DNA of 64,000 bases from Mobula hypostoma (taxonomy: Eukaryota): contig NC_086097.1 in NCBI RefSeq assembly GCF_963921235.1, forward strand, positions 178,376,001 through 178,440,000, in the 5' to 3' direction. Both the position numbers and the translations under genes were made by a program. The notes below the pieces were generated by a model. It saw only the letters and a list, made by a program, of their open reading frames with translations. It did no database searches and was not told the origin of the DNA. Below, in pieces: positions 1 through 12,975 of the stretch; position 1 is the stretch's first letter; each line of letters begins with the position of its first letter.

Positions 1-106
1 AGCACTGACAGAGGTGTTTGAGAGGCTGTTTGACGGACATATGAAAATGCAGTTATTGAAGGGATAGGGATCATGTGCAGGTGAAGAAGTTTAGTTAAAT
101 TTGTTA

Positions 107-337
107 ACACACACAAAATGCTGGAGGAACTCAGTAGGCCAGTCAGCATCTAGGGAAAGAAAGTACGTTTGCTGTTTCGGCTGAGACCTGCCGAAGTCAA
201 CATTCCTGCCAAAGGGTTTCAGCCCGAAACAGCGACTGTACTTTTTTTCTATAGATTCTGCCTGGCCTGCTGAGTTCCTCCAGCATTTTGTGTGCATTGC
301 CTGGGTTTCCAGCATCTGCAGATTTTCTCTTGTTTGT
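107..337. mobile_element. Penelope-like inverted terminal-repeat unit (fold-back) inserted in a CR1 3' tail
   Basis: ACACAAAATGCTGGAGGAACTCAG... near 111 is mirrored by ...CTGAGTTCCTCCAGCATTTTGTGTG ending at 294. The same arm follows a GIY-YIG remnant at 38640-38720. Flanks 1-100 and 340-415 are CR1 3' sequence. Confidence 0.7.
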
Positions 338-564
338 AATTTAATTTGTCATCACGTTTGGCATTGACCTATTCAGCTGAATGGTTGTTCCTGTGCTGTA
401 CTGTTCTATGTTTTCAGTCCTACCTTCTCATACATTATTAGGGAAGTTAGCAAACTTCCCTGCAGCCCTCCATTTTCCTGCTTTTAGAAACATAGAAAAT
501 AGGTGCAGGAGTAGGCCATTCGGCCCTTTGAGCCTGCACCGCCATTCAGTATGATCATGGCCGA

Positions 565-2902
565 TCATCCAACTCGGAACCCTGTACCAGCCTTCCCTCC
601 ATACCCCCTGATCCCTTTAGCCACAAGGGCCATATTTAACTCCCTCTTAAATATAGCCAATGAACTGGCCTCAACTGTTTCCTGTGGCAGAGAATTCCAC
701 AGATTCACCACTCTCGGTGTGAAGAAGTTTTTCCTAATCTCGATCCTAAAAGGCTTCCCCTTTATCCTCAAACTGTGACCCCTCGTTCTGGACTTCCCCA
801 ACATCGGGAATAATCTTCCTGCATCCAGCCTGTCCAATCCCTTTAGGATTTTATATGTTTCAATAAGATCCCCCCTCAATCTTCTAAATTCCAACGAGTA
901 TAAGCCTAGTCGATCCAGTCTCTCATCATATGAAAGTCCTGCCATCCCAGGAATCAATCTGGTGAACCGTCTTTGTACTCCCTCTATGGCAAGGATGTCT
1001 TTCCTTAGATTAGGGGACCAAAACTGCACACAATACTCCAGGTGTGGTCTCACCAAGACCTTGTACAACTGCAGTAGTACCTCCCTGCTCCTGTACTCGA
1101 ATCATCTTGCTATGAATGCCAGCATACCATTCGCCTTTTTCACCGCCTGCTGTACCTGCATGCCCACTTTCAATGACTGGTGTATAATGACACCCAAGTC
1201 TCGTTGCACCTCCCCTTTTCCTAATCGGCCACCATTCAGATAATAATCTGTTTTCCTGTTTTTGCCACCAAAGTGGATAACTTCACATTTATCCACATTA
1301 AATTGCATCTGCCATGAATTTGCCCACTCACCTAACCTATCCAAGTCACCCTGCATCCTCTTAGCATCCTCCTCACAGCTAACACTGCCGCCCAGCTTCG
1401 TGTCATCCGCAAACCTGGAGATGCTGCATTTAATTCCCTCATCTAAGTCATTAATATATATTTTAAACAACTGGGGTCCCAGCACTGAGCCTTGCGGTAC
1501 CCCATTAGTCACTGCCTGCCATTCTGAAAAGGTCCCGTTTATTCCCACTCTTTGCTTCCTGTCTGCCAACCAATTCGTTATCCACATCAATACCTTACCC
1601 CCAATACCGTGTGCTTTAAGTTTGGACACTAATCTCCTGTGTGGGACCTTGTCAAAAGCCTTTTGAAAATCCAAATATACCACATCCACTGGTTCTCCCC
1701 TATCCACTCTACTAGTTACATCCTCAAAAAATTCTATGAGATTTGTCAGACATGATTTTCCTTTCACAAATCCATACTGACTTTGTTCGATGATTTCACC
1801 GCTTTCCAAATGTGCTGTTATCATATCTTTGATAACTGACTCTAGCATTTTCCCCACCACTGATGTTAGGCTAACCGGTCTATTATTCCCTGGTTTCTCT
1901 CTCCCTCCTTTTTTAAAAAGTGGGGTTACATTAGCCACCCTCCAATCCTCAGGAACTAGTCCAGAATCTAAAGAGTTTTGAAAAATTACCACTAATGCAT
2001 CCACTATTTCTTGGGCTACTTCCTTAAGCACTCTGGGATGCAGACCATCTGGCCCTGGGGATTTATCTGCCTTTAATCCCTTCAATTTACCTAACACCAC
2101 TTCCCTACTAACATGTATTTCCCTCAGTTCCTCCATCTTACTGGACCCTCAGTCCCCTAGTATTTCCGGAAGATTATTTATGTCCTCCTGAGTGAAGACA
2201 GAACAAAAGTAGTTATTCAATTGGTCTGCCATGTCCTTGCTCCCCATAATCACTTCACCTGTTTCTGTCTGTAGGGGACCTACATTTGTCTTAACCAATC
2301 TTTTTCTTTTCACATATCTACAAAAGCTTTTACAATCAGTTTTTATGTTCCCTGCCAGTTTTCTCTCATAATCTTTTTTCCCCTTTCTAATTAAGCCCTT
2401 TGTCCTCCTCTGCTGGACTCTGAATTTCTCCCAGTCCTCAGGTGAGCCACTTTTTCTGGCTAATTTGTATGCTTCTTCTTTGGAATTGATACTATCCCTA
2501 ATTTCCCTTGTCAGCCACGGGTGCACTACCTTCCTTGATTTATTCTTTTGCCAAACTGGGATGAACAATTGTAGTTCATCCATGCGATCTTTAAATGCTT
2601 GCCATTGCATATCCACCATCAACCCTTTGTCATTTGCCAGTCTATCTTAGCTAATTCACGTCTCATACCTTCAAAGTTACCCTTCTTTAAGTTCAGAACC
2701 TTTGTTTCTGAATTAACTATGTCACTCTCCATCTTAATGAAGAATTCCACCATATTATGGTCACTCTTACCCAAGGGGCCTCTCACGACAAGATTGCTAA
2801 TTAACCCTTCCTCATTGCTCAATACCCAGTCTAGAATAGCCTGCTCTCCAGTTGGTTCCTCGACATGTCAGTTCAAAAAACCATCCCGCATACATTCCAA
2901 GA
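565..2902 (-). pseudogene. CR1 ORF2 reverse transcriptase, with nonsense/frameshift lesions and most of the endonuclease missing
   Basis: Motifs LGKSDH, KSPGPDG, RPVSLTS, YLDFQKAFDKV, GVPQGSVLGP, FADDTK and LVRPHLEYC. ORFs 2149..2622, 1102..2136 and 565..1068 share one frame, separated by single stops. Confidence 0.95.
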
Positions 2903-3812
2903 CTCGCAAATCTCCCCGCCTGGATATTGGTCCCCCTAGGATTCAAGTGTAACCCATCCTTTTTGAACAGTCATACCTGCGCCAAAAGAGGTCCCAATGA
3001 TCCAAAAACTTGAATCCCTGCCCACTGCTCCAATCCCTCAGCCACGCATTTATCCTCCACCTCATTGCATTCCTACTCTCACTGTCGCGTAGCACAGGCA
3101 GTAATCCCGAGATTAATACCTTTGCGGTCCTTTTTCTCAACTCCCTTCCTAACTCCCTATATTCTCCTTTCAGGACCTCTTCCCTTTTCCTACCTATGTC
3201 ATTGGTACCTATATGTACCACGACCTCTGGCTCCTCACCCTCCTACTTCAGGATATCTTGGACGCAATCTGAAATATCCCGGACCCTGGCACCAGGGAGG
3301 CAAACTACCACCTGGGTCTCTGGACTGCGTCCACAGAATTGCCTATCTGACCCCCTTACTATCGAGTCCCCTATCACAACTGCCCTCCTCTTCCTTTCCC
3401 TACCCTTCTGAGCTACAGGGCCAGACTCTGTGCCGGAGGCACGGCCGCTGTCGCTTCCCCCAGGTAAGCTGTCCCCCCCAACAGTACTCAAACAGGAGTA
3501 CCTATTGTTAAGGGGCACAGCCACCGGGGTACTCTCTATTACCTGACTCTTCCCCTTCTCCCTCCTAACCGTGACCCACTTGTCTGCCTCCCGTGGCCCC
3601 GGTGTGACCACCTGCCTATAACCCCTCTCTATCAACTCCTCACTCTCCCTGACCAGATGAAGGTCATCGAGCTGCAGCTCCAGTTCCCTAACGCGGTCCC
3701 TTAGGAGCTGCATCTCAGCACACTTGGCGCAGATGTAGACGTCCGGGAGGCTTGGAGACTCCAGGGCCTCCCACATCTGACACCGAGAACAACAAACTGC
3801 CCTCACACTCAT
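2903..3812 (-). pseudogene. CR1 ORF1 (Cys motifs, coiled coil, SGNH/GDSL esterase-like), disrupted
   Basis: ORFs 3243..3812 and 2943..3221 contain CSRC...CAKC, LLRDRVRELELQL, VIGDSIVRG and HIGTND, followed by frameshifted DGLHLN. Premature stop at 3243. Confidence 0.88.
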
Positions 3813-3975
3813 ACTGTCCCCTCCTCAAATAACAACAGAAAATGAATACTAAACCTTCCTCGCCTCGCCCGTTTCCGCCTAAGCCCATTGAGCCGAAGCC
3901 CTTAAGCCTTCACTTTGTTCCCGGCTCACTCCGCAGCCCGCAAACTACGCTGCCCGCTGGATGAGGCTCTGTTCC

Positions 3976-4044
3976 TTTTAAATCTTCCACGCTTCACTGC
4001 CCAACGTCACACGCCTGTGCTGTCCCGCCTTTCTGAACGCCAAT
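3976..4044 (-). promoter_or_regulatory. Putative internal Pol II promoter in the CR1 5'UTR
   Basis: Minus-strand order: CCAAT box (4040-4044), GGCGGG (4024-4029), TGACGT (4004-4009), ATTTAAAA (3976-3983), upstream of ORF1 in CpG-rich sequence. Confidence 0.45.
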
Positions 4045-4569
4045 GGAAAAAAAACCGAAAAATTCAAAAATGGCTTCCTCCGCACTCCCGCTCCGATTCT
4101 CAGACCTTTTTCTTCTTTTGGCTCAGATGACAAAGGATTTGCCTTCCTGAGTTTCTCTATTTGTTGGTTTCACACAGAGCTACTTACACTTCATTGCAGT
4201 ATCCTCTGGGACCAGTACCCACGGCCTAATCAATCTGCTTAACAATCTGAGTCAGATGACTTTTATTTCTCTGGAGATGCAGTATCTCTGGAGTATCTGA
4301 GGTGTTAAATTATCAGCTCAATCCCTGTTACCTGGAACATCACCAATTTTTCTCTTCCTTTGAATTAGCTTGAACCATCAGGGGAAATGGTGAGAGGAGA
4401 TGACCAGTTGATCCACCCAGCCTGTCTCAAGCTCATGGTAGCTGGGCTGTGGTGACTGGACCTCCAACTGGCCCTCATTTTGTCCCAAGGCTGCACAATG
4501 AGGAAAGGCAAACCTGGAACAAGAAGAACTCAGGACTAACACTGGACATAATACCCCACATGCCCTTTC

Positions 4570-5540
4570 TGTTATCTTCTCAGGATGCTTTTAACAAGGT
4601 TAGGAGTAATTGACTGGTCCAAAAGGTTAGGCCACTAGGATCCAAGGTGTATTCACAAATTGGCTTGGTGATGGGCAACAATGGTGGATAGATGTTTTTC
4701 TAAATGGAAGCCTGTAACAACTGGGGTACCCCAGGGATCAGTGCTGGGACCATTGTTTGAAGTGTATATATAAAAGACTTAGATGAAAATGTAGGTGGTC
4801 TAATTAGTAAGTTTGCAGATGACATGAAAATTGTTGAATTGTCATAGATAGCGAAAAAGATTTGTCCGAGGTCACAGTGGGAAGCTGGATGGAAAGGTGG
4901 AATTTAATGCAGACAAGTGTGAAATAATGCACATTAATTCAGTAATGCAGTCAATTCCTGGTAGGACCATGGAGTAAATGGCAGAGCTGTACAGGGGAAC
5001 CTTGGGATGCAAGTTCATTGCTCCCTGAAAGTAGCAACAGAGGTGGATAGGGTAGTGAAGAAGGCATACTTGCCTTTATAAGCTGAAGCTTTATGTATAC
5101 GAACTGGGATGTCATGTTGTGGCTGCAGGAGGGATGTGGTAGAGAAGTGAGGAAGAGATTCACCAGCATTTTGCTTTGAGTGGAGAGCTATAGATTGCTG
5201 AAAGTAACCTTACAGAGGTTTATAAAATTATGAAGACAGAAAAAATATAGACTTCTTTTTCTTAGTCCACAGTCTAAAATTTAGGGCACAGGTTTAAGGT
5301 CAGAGTGGAGAAACTTAATGGGGATCCCAGGTTTTTCATGCAGAAGGTGGTCAAGGTATGGAACCAGCTGTTGGGGTTATTAGTAGAGACAGGAACAATT
5401 ACAATGTGTGAAAAGCATTTGAACAGGTACTTGGATAGGAAAGACATAGAGGGATATGGGCCTAATGCAGGATAATGGGGTTAGTGTAGATTGAACTGGG
5501 CTAAGAGCTCTATTTGTGTGTAGTACGATTCTGTCATTAA
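4570..5540 (+). mobile_element. Old CR1 LINE 3' fragment
   Basis: GGGGTACCCCAGGGATCAGTGCTGGGACC (GVPQGSVLG), AAGTTTGCAGATGAC (KFADD) and a CR1-type 3' tail. Confidence 0.85.
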
Positions 5541-5944
5541 CCTAGAGGAGCTGGAATCTGGTCCAAGGAACAGCACTGAACATATGCTAAAGATTAGCTT
5601 TATTTGTCACATTCAAACTTACAGTGAAACGTGTCATTTGTGCCAATAATCAATACAGTGGGAAAGGTAACCCCCTTGCTATCATGCCACCCTATTGAAC
5701 TACAGGCTAGAGGGAAGTAAAAGGGAGGAGTGGTTGCTTTGGAATTGTTAAAGAAAGGAGTGTTCTGTGGGGGGTCAGGCAGGAAGTGTTGTAAATGGCA
5801 GAGGACGCCTCCTCCAGCCCACTAGACTCCAGGTCCCACCATCATTCTTCACCCTCATCACTACCCCTGCCCTTTGTCCGGTATCTTCCTCTGTCACCGC
5901 GACATTTACAGGGAGAAATGGTGCACTGAGGAACAGCACCTCAA

Positions 5945-6130
5945 CGTGGGTTTCCTCCGGGTGATCCGGTTTCCTTCCACAGTCCAAAGATGTACCGGGG
6001 TAGGTTAACTGGTCATTGTAAATTGTCCCGTGATTAGGTTAGGGTTAATTGGATTTGTTGGGGGTTGCGTGGCTCGAAGGGCAAAAAGGGCCTCCTCCAC
6101 GCTGTATCACTAAATAAAATAAAAATAAAC
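5945..6130 (+). mobile_element. V-SINE (HE1-like) 3' part
   Basis: GTGGGTTTCCTCCGGGTGATCCGGTTTCCTTCCACAGTCCAAAGA core, CR1-like tail and (TAAAA)n end. Confidence 0.75.
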
Positions 6131-6271
6131 TTCTGACGGGAAATATTGTGGACTCACCAGTGAATTCATCATTTTCAAATGGCGCTTCCATTCACTCGTC
6201 CTTCTGACCTAACCCGTCCCTGTGTTCTTATCCCAATCCCACCTTCTCCCACTCAGCCCAATACTCTGTCT

Positions 6272-6393
6272 GTCTGTCTGTGTCTTGTTTTACGGCGGTT
6301 GGCATCCAGCTTAATTGTGCATTACTGCCACCCTCTGCTCCAGAATGTGCACTAGACATATAATCTAAATCCCTTCACCCAATCACACACACA

Positions 6394-6446
<53 letters not shown>

Positions 6447-6583
6447 CTACACTTTACCCTCCCATCTTAGTACCCTATTCCTGTTTATCCGTCATATCCT
6501 ATAAAAAAAACCCCTGTACCCCTTAAGAACACTAAAAATACCCGGACCTGTGCTCTGTCACCCATGCCCAGCAACCCTTTTAA
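6272..6583 (-). mobile_element. 5'-truncated I/Nimb-like LINE 3' end with 15-bp TSD
   Basis: TSD CCCAATACTCTGTCT at 6257-6271 and 6584-6598. Minus strand encodes KGLLGMGDRAQVRVFLVFLRGTG..., then a 3'UTR and (AGAC)n tail. Confidence 0.7.
6385..6443. repeat. (CA)n microsatellite
   Basis: Seen directly. Confidence 0.95.
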
Positions 6584-8009
6584 CCCAATACTCTGTCTAT
6601 CCAGCTTGTCTCATACCTTCACACCCTCCTCCACTTCCCACTCACTCTGCACCATGAAACTAGTTTTATCTCTCATGTCTCCGAGTCTCCTCTTAGATGT
6701 TGGCCGTCATTGACAAGGTCATCCCCAACTGACCTTGAGAAGGTCAGGGTGAGCTGCCTCCTTGAAGCACTGCAGTTCTTTTGGTGATGGGGCTTCCCCA
6801 GCATTGTCAGGAAGAGTGATTCAGGATTTAGACCCAGAAATTAATTGGTAAATTGGGTTATTATTGTTACGTGTACCTCCTGTAGGTACAGTGGAAAAAC
6901 TTGCCCGGCATACAGTTCCTACAAATCAATTCATTACATGGTGCATTGAGGAAGTACAAGGTAAAACAGTTGTAGAGTGAAAAATAAAGTGTTACAGTTA
7001 CAGAGAAAGGGCGCTGCAGGTAAACAGTAAAGCACAAGTTCACAGCAAGGTAATGTGACGTCGAGTCCATCTAAGGGACCACTCAATAACCTTACAATAG
7101 TGATGATGAAACCTAGAGAAACAGCACTGTGCAGAAGTCTTTCAGGCACACATAATTTTATGTTTTATGGTCCCCCTTCTCCAAAAAAATCTCATGACAT
7201 AGGTGAGTGATGATAAACTTGATTCTGATTTGGGTCTCTATTGTGCACTGAGAGTGGGAAGGAGGCAGGGAGAAAGGAATCATGATTGAGGGCAAAGGGG
7301 AAGAGGGAGGGGAGGGAGCAGAAAGCCCCAGAGAGATATTCTGTAATGATCAATAAACCAAGTGTTTAGAACTTACTGACCTTGCCTGGTGACAAATGCA
7401 CATTGGAGAGAAAGTTTGTAACTCTGGTGGGAGCAAAGGATATGCAGATACAAATACAGTACTATGCAAAAGTCTTAGGCACACTGGCTACATCTATATA
7501 TGTAAATAACTTCTGCATGGTGCTGCCTAGTCTACAACCCAACAACATTATTCCCTTTATTTGGTTCATGCTCCACCATCCTCTCAACCATCTGCTTCTC
7601 TTTGTCATCCCCACCTCTTACCTCCCATCCTCTGTCACTATTCCCACTCTCCCCTGTGGATATGGTCTAAGGACAAGCTAATGGTTTGGCATGGGCCAAA
7701 GGGCCTGTTTCCTCATTGTATGACTCAGTGATTCGAGACTAGGTGAGTAACTGCAGTGCATTTAGTAGATGGTGGTGCATTAACTCTGTTTCTCTCTCCA
7801 GAGATGCAGCCTGACCTGCTGAGCAGCATTTTTGGTCTTTATTTCAGATCTTCAACATCCACAGTATTTTGATGCTGTATCTCACGAAGTGAGATGATCA
7901 CCATACCACCAGTGCTCAGATACATCCGTAAGAGAACCGTCTGGTATTTACTTTCAGAAGAACAAACAACAGCAGTCAGAAGGTAGAGGAGGGAGACGAT
8001 CTATAGGAC

Positions 8010-8660
8010 CATGTTTATTGAGTAATCGAGTTGTACAGCACTGAAATGGGTCCTTCAATCATCATGTCCATGCTGACCATGATGCCGATCTATGCTCATC
8101 ACATTTGCTCGCATAGGCCCATATCCCCTCTAAACCTTTCCTATCTATGTCCCTGTCTAAATGTCTTCCAAACATTGTAATTATTGCTGCCTCAGTCACT
8201 TCCTCTGGCAGCTCGTTCCATTTACCCACCACCCTCCAAGTGAAGAAGTTGCCCTTCGGGTCCCTCTTCTGTGTGAAAAACCTGCTCCTCAGGTCCTCTC
8301 TAAATTTCTCATCTCTCATTTTAAAACTATACCATCTGCTGCTTGACTCTTCCACCCTGGGAGAAAGACTAACAACCTTATCTATGCCTGTCATTATTTT
8401 ATAAATCTCTATAAGGTCAACCTTCTTATCTTCCAGGAGGAACACTCCCAACCTATCCAGTCTCTCCTTATAACTTCAGCCCCCCATTCCAGGCAATCCT
8501 GCTGAATCGCTTCTGCGTTCTTTCTCATGGCAACATACTCTTCCTGGAGTGTGCTGACCAGAACGGTTCACAAGTGCAGCCAAATCTCTGTTTGTACAGC
8601 TACAACATGACATCGCACCCATTATGGGTTACTCAATGCCTCTGCCTACGAAGGCTTGCC
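8010..8660 (-). mobile_element. CR1 3' fragment
   Basis: ORF 8062..8451 has DLIEIYKIM and RVVGKWNELPEEV. Confidence 0.85.
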
Positions 8661-9919
8661 AAAATCTTTCTTCACTAATCTCTCCACTTGTAGAGAGAAG
8701 CAAAAGTTTAACTGACAAACAGGCATGTCTAATAAAGATAAAATTAACAAGCAAACTACTGATGTGTGTCACTGGGAGGAACACAATCTCCAGAGGATCT
8801 TGTACAAGTGCCAAACAATCTCGGCAACGGAAGTCCCACAGGAACTCCACTGGGCCCAGGTGTAGTTGGCAAAAGGCACCGCTGAGCTACCACTTCTCGT
8901 TACCTGAATCCTTGGGGTACGAGATAACCCAACTCTGTTCCTCAGGGAGGAAAGTGAAGAAGGAAGTGTCAGCGGCATAAAGCTAACACAACAAACGTCA
9001 ACAAGATGAAGGACACGAATGTTGAAGAGCCTGAATCAAGCACAGGAGGGCGGGTTGAATGCCTCTTGGGATCAGAGGACACGGCCTATGTGTTTTACCT
9101 ACCTACAATGTACTAGCTCAATGGGTTGAATGTGTTAGTTTTTTTTAATGAGTTTTTAAGTTCAAATTTTAACCTTGTGCAATTGTCAATTCTGTAAGGG
9201 TGAGTTTCTGTTAGCTGAACTGTTCTAACATGGGGTAACACCCAAAAAGCCGGAGGAACTCAGTGGATCAGACAGCACCTGTGGAGGGAGTTCTGGGTCA
9301 TGGCCTACCATCTGGACTGGGACGATTGCCCATTTCCCTTCATAGAGGCTGCTTGACCACCCAGTTCACTAACACCCTTCAGAGAAGGAAACCTGGCTTC
9401 TGTATTACCTGGTCTTGTATATGACTTCAACATGGTCGTCTCCTAAACAGCTGCTCAGGTCAGGGCTATTTAAAGATGAGTAATAAATGCTGGCACTGCT
9501 AGGCTGACCACGCCATGTAAATGAATCTTGGGTACTGATTGTATTGATTACATTGAGGATGATGTTGAGGTGGAAATTCAGCCACAATCTGATGGAATGG
9601 TGGAGCATGGGTAAAGAGACTGAATGGCCTGTTTGTTCTGTGTACCTGTTTCTGTTGTTGCTTATGCTGATAGGAGATGGCTTTGCAGTTTAAACAAAAT
9701 ACCTTGTACCATTAGTGTGACGGGGGCGGGGTGAGAGGGCTCCATTAGGATTCTAAAGAGGAGGCAGTGCAGAAGGAAGAGAAGCCATTGTAGATAATTT
9801 TTTTGAGTCGTACAGTAACGTAGCACAGAATTCAAGCCCTTTGGCCTAATTTGTCCATGCCAATCCTATCCATGCAACCTAATCCCATTTGCTTGTGTTT
9901 GGCTGATATCCCTCTAAAC

Positions 9920-11269
9920 TAAGCGTTCTTAACCTTTCTTACGCCGCGGATTCCTTCGGCGGTCCCGTGAAGTCTATGGACTCTTCCTCAGAATAATGTA
10001 TTTAAATATATAAAATAAAATGCATTGGATTAAAAAAGAAACCAATTATATGGAAATACAGTTATCAAAAACATTTAAAAAAACAAATTTGTGATATAGT
10101 AATGTATGTATAACAAGTCTATACATTTAAAATATAGGTAAGCTTAAAAATTAATTTTATTTTATAAAGACATATCAGTGTGAAGGTTGTTGTTGCTTAG
10201 CTAGAATGAGAATATTAAACTGTGGGATGGTCTTTGACAAAGCAACACTCATGTCATGTGGGACATCCAATCGATTTTGATTTTTTTTTTGTTTTAATCA
10301 TTGCAAGTATTGAAACAATATTTTTGTATGGTTTTTAAGTAACTTGTTTGATAAATCTGCAAAGAAATAAGTAATCTGTATGCTAACTAAGTGTAAGATA
10401 TTCAACAAATTTGTATGCCATGTAAGTAAATAACCCATCCCGATGAAGGATTTCAGCCCAAAATGCCGACTGTACTCTTTTTTCTTTCTATAGATGCTGC
10501 CTGGTCTGCTGAGTTCCTTCAGCATTTTGTATGTTGCAAGTAAAATAAGACAGGTTTTATAATTTATCCAAAGTTTAACACTTTTGATGGCTTTTGGATA
10601 TTTGGATGCACGAGGATTACAGCAGTAGCTCAGGCATCAGGCCCTTCAGGGAATTCAGCTGTTGTGCATAGAGTTGTGTGGTATTACAAAAGGCTGCCCG
10701 GCCTGACAGAGAGTTAAGGATTCTCATCTGAGCTGTCCAGTTTTGCAAAATTTTAGCAAACAATAAAAACATCTCTCCTCCTTCTACACATTGATCACCA
10801 AGCAATTGTACACAGGGAATAATGGAGAGCAACCTAGATGTCTGGGTCACAGTCGTGAGAACATGCGACTTCATGGTTTGGTGTCCAAATGACTAAAAGG
10901 TGCAGGGCTGGGCCAGTTACGTTACGTCACACGACCATCTGCAGACAGGAAGACAGCAGCAGGTTTAATAACCACCATAATTACAAAGTAGTGATGAGAA
11001 TGTCGTAAACGATATTTGAGATATTTGTAACAACTGTAACGTGATATGAAAATATCTGTGATTTCTATTGGTGACAAAATCCCAAGTACTGCTGATACTA
11101 CTGTCGTTTTTTGCTTACATTCATAATTGAAGGAAATGGTAAATTCCAGTTAAAGGTTAGTGAAAATAAAGATGTAAATTTTATTCCATCCAAGTTCATG
11201 GACCCCTGGAATCTATCCTCAGAACCCTAAGGGGTCTGTGGATCCCAGGTTAAGAACCCAGAACCCCTG
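9920..11269. mobile_element. Non-autonomous hAT (Charlie-type) DNA transposon
   Basis: 8-bp TSD CTCTAAAC at 9912-9919 and 11270-11277. Termini ..GTTCTTAACCT and AGGTTAAGAACCC..CCCTG. It splits a CR1 tail and contains a Penelope-type arm at 10433-10540. Confidence 0.8.
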
Positions 11270-11559
11270 CTCTAAACCTCCCCTACCCATGTACCTGTCT
11301 AAATAAGACGATAAGATGATGAGATGTCAGAGCTCTTGGATTATTCACCTCACAATTTGCTTTTTTAGATTCTTGCACCTTACTGTTTACCTTCACTGCA
11401 CTTCCTCTGTAGTTGTTGCACTTTATCCTGCATTCTGTTATTGTTTTACCTTGTTCTACTGAATGCACTGTGTAATGATCTGATCTGTATAAACAGTATG
11501 CAAGATGAGATTCTCACTGTATCTTGGAACATTTGGCAATAATAAATTAATTCCAATTC

Positions 11560-12075
11560 CATTTTCAGCAGAATTAGGTCAATCAACTCATCATGTCTGT
11601 CTGCCATTCAATTATGGCCATTCCTTTTCCAAATTCATTCTCTCGCTTTTTCCCAGTAACGCTTAACCCACCCCATTACCAATCAAGAACCTACCAAACA
11701 TTGACAGTGAATTGCCTCCATAGCCTTCTGTGGCATCATATTCCACAGCTTCACCACCCTTTGGCTGAAGAAATTCCCCCTCATTCCCGTTTTCAAGTTT
11801 TATTCTCAGTCTGTGCCCTTGGATCTGAGACAACCCCACTACTGGAAACATCCTCTCCACGTCTACTCTTTCCAGAGCTTTCAGTATCTGGTATGTTTCA
11901 ATGAGAACCTAGCCATAACTCTAAACTCCATTGAGTACAGGCCCAGAGATATCAAACATTTCTCGTATGTTGAGTTTCTTATTCCTGGGTTCATTCTTGT
12001 GAACCTCCTCTGGACCTTCTTGAGGGCCAGTATATCCTTCCTTGGATATGGGCCCAAGATTAATCACAATTGCTC
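11560..12075 (-). mobile_element. CR1 3' fragment
   Basis: ERMFPVVGLS-type C-terminus and CR1 tail. Confidence 0.8.
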
Positions 12076-12660
12076 AAGTATTTTAGAAACTTTCTAACTG
12101 GGCATTGGTTTAAGCTGAGCGGGAAAAGATTTAAAGGAGACTAGAGGGGCAAGTTTTTTCTCACAGAGGGTGGTGGGTATATGGAATGAGTTTCCAGCGG
12201 ATGTGGGAGAGGTTGGTCCAATTACAATATTTAAATGTCATTTGTAGAGGTACATGGATAAGAAAAGTTTAGATGGCTATAGGTCAAACGCAGTTAACTG
12301 GTGCCAGAGTGCAGTGACTCTTTATGAGCTGATCCCAGCACATCCTCACGTTACATTTATTATAATCATTTTCTATCTCGATGTTCTTGTGCATGGTCTG
12401 ATCTTCTAGGAAGGCATGCAGACAAAAACATTTCACTGTACTGTATCTCAGTGCATGTGACAATAACAAATTAATAATAATCTCAGCTGGGCACCATGGA
12501 CAGATTTGGTTAAGGGGCTTGCTTCCGTGATGTATAACTTCGCGACTCTGTCTCTAAAACAGACTTTGACGAGCTACTTCAGGGCCTGGTATGGAAACTG
12601 CAACAAACAGGAATGCATCGGGCTACAGAGGCTGGTGGTCTCAGCCATTCTCAACACAGG

Positions 12661-12823
12661 TGCTATGTTTTGTAACTTCAAAGCATTAAACTAATTCAGA
12701 AGGAGTTGGGAATGTAAGTCTTACATTTGTTCTTTACTTTAAGTAAGGCATGCACATATCAAGTGGTAGTGTGATGATGAATTATTTAAATAAATTATAA
12801 GATTATGCAAATATTTCACAACA
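12661..12823. mobile_element. Short solo LTR
   Basis: TG...CA ends (TGCTATG / CACAACA) flanked by 5-bp TSD ACAGG (12656-12660, 12824-12828). Confidence 0.65.
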
Positions 12824-12975
12824 ACAGGTACGGCTCTCTCCATCGTTAATTTACAAGAGGCAATGTCTCAGGAAGGTGACACCCATCATCAGGGGCACCT
12901 ACCATCTAGACCATGCCCTCTTCTCGACGTTAGATTCGTCTATCATCATTGATGAAGACCTCGACACCATTAGTA

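Larger units (their letters stand above)
485..4110 (-). mobile_element. Near full-length CR1-clade LINE with internal deletion
   Basis: 5'UTR, ORF1, ORF2 RT pieces and a 3' tail ending in TTCTATGTTTCT are collinear on the minus strand. Confidence 0.95.

Noticed and set aside
551..3511. Plus-strand ORFs overlapping the CR1
   Set aside because: Antisense shadows of LINE coding sequence.
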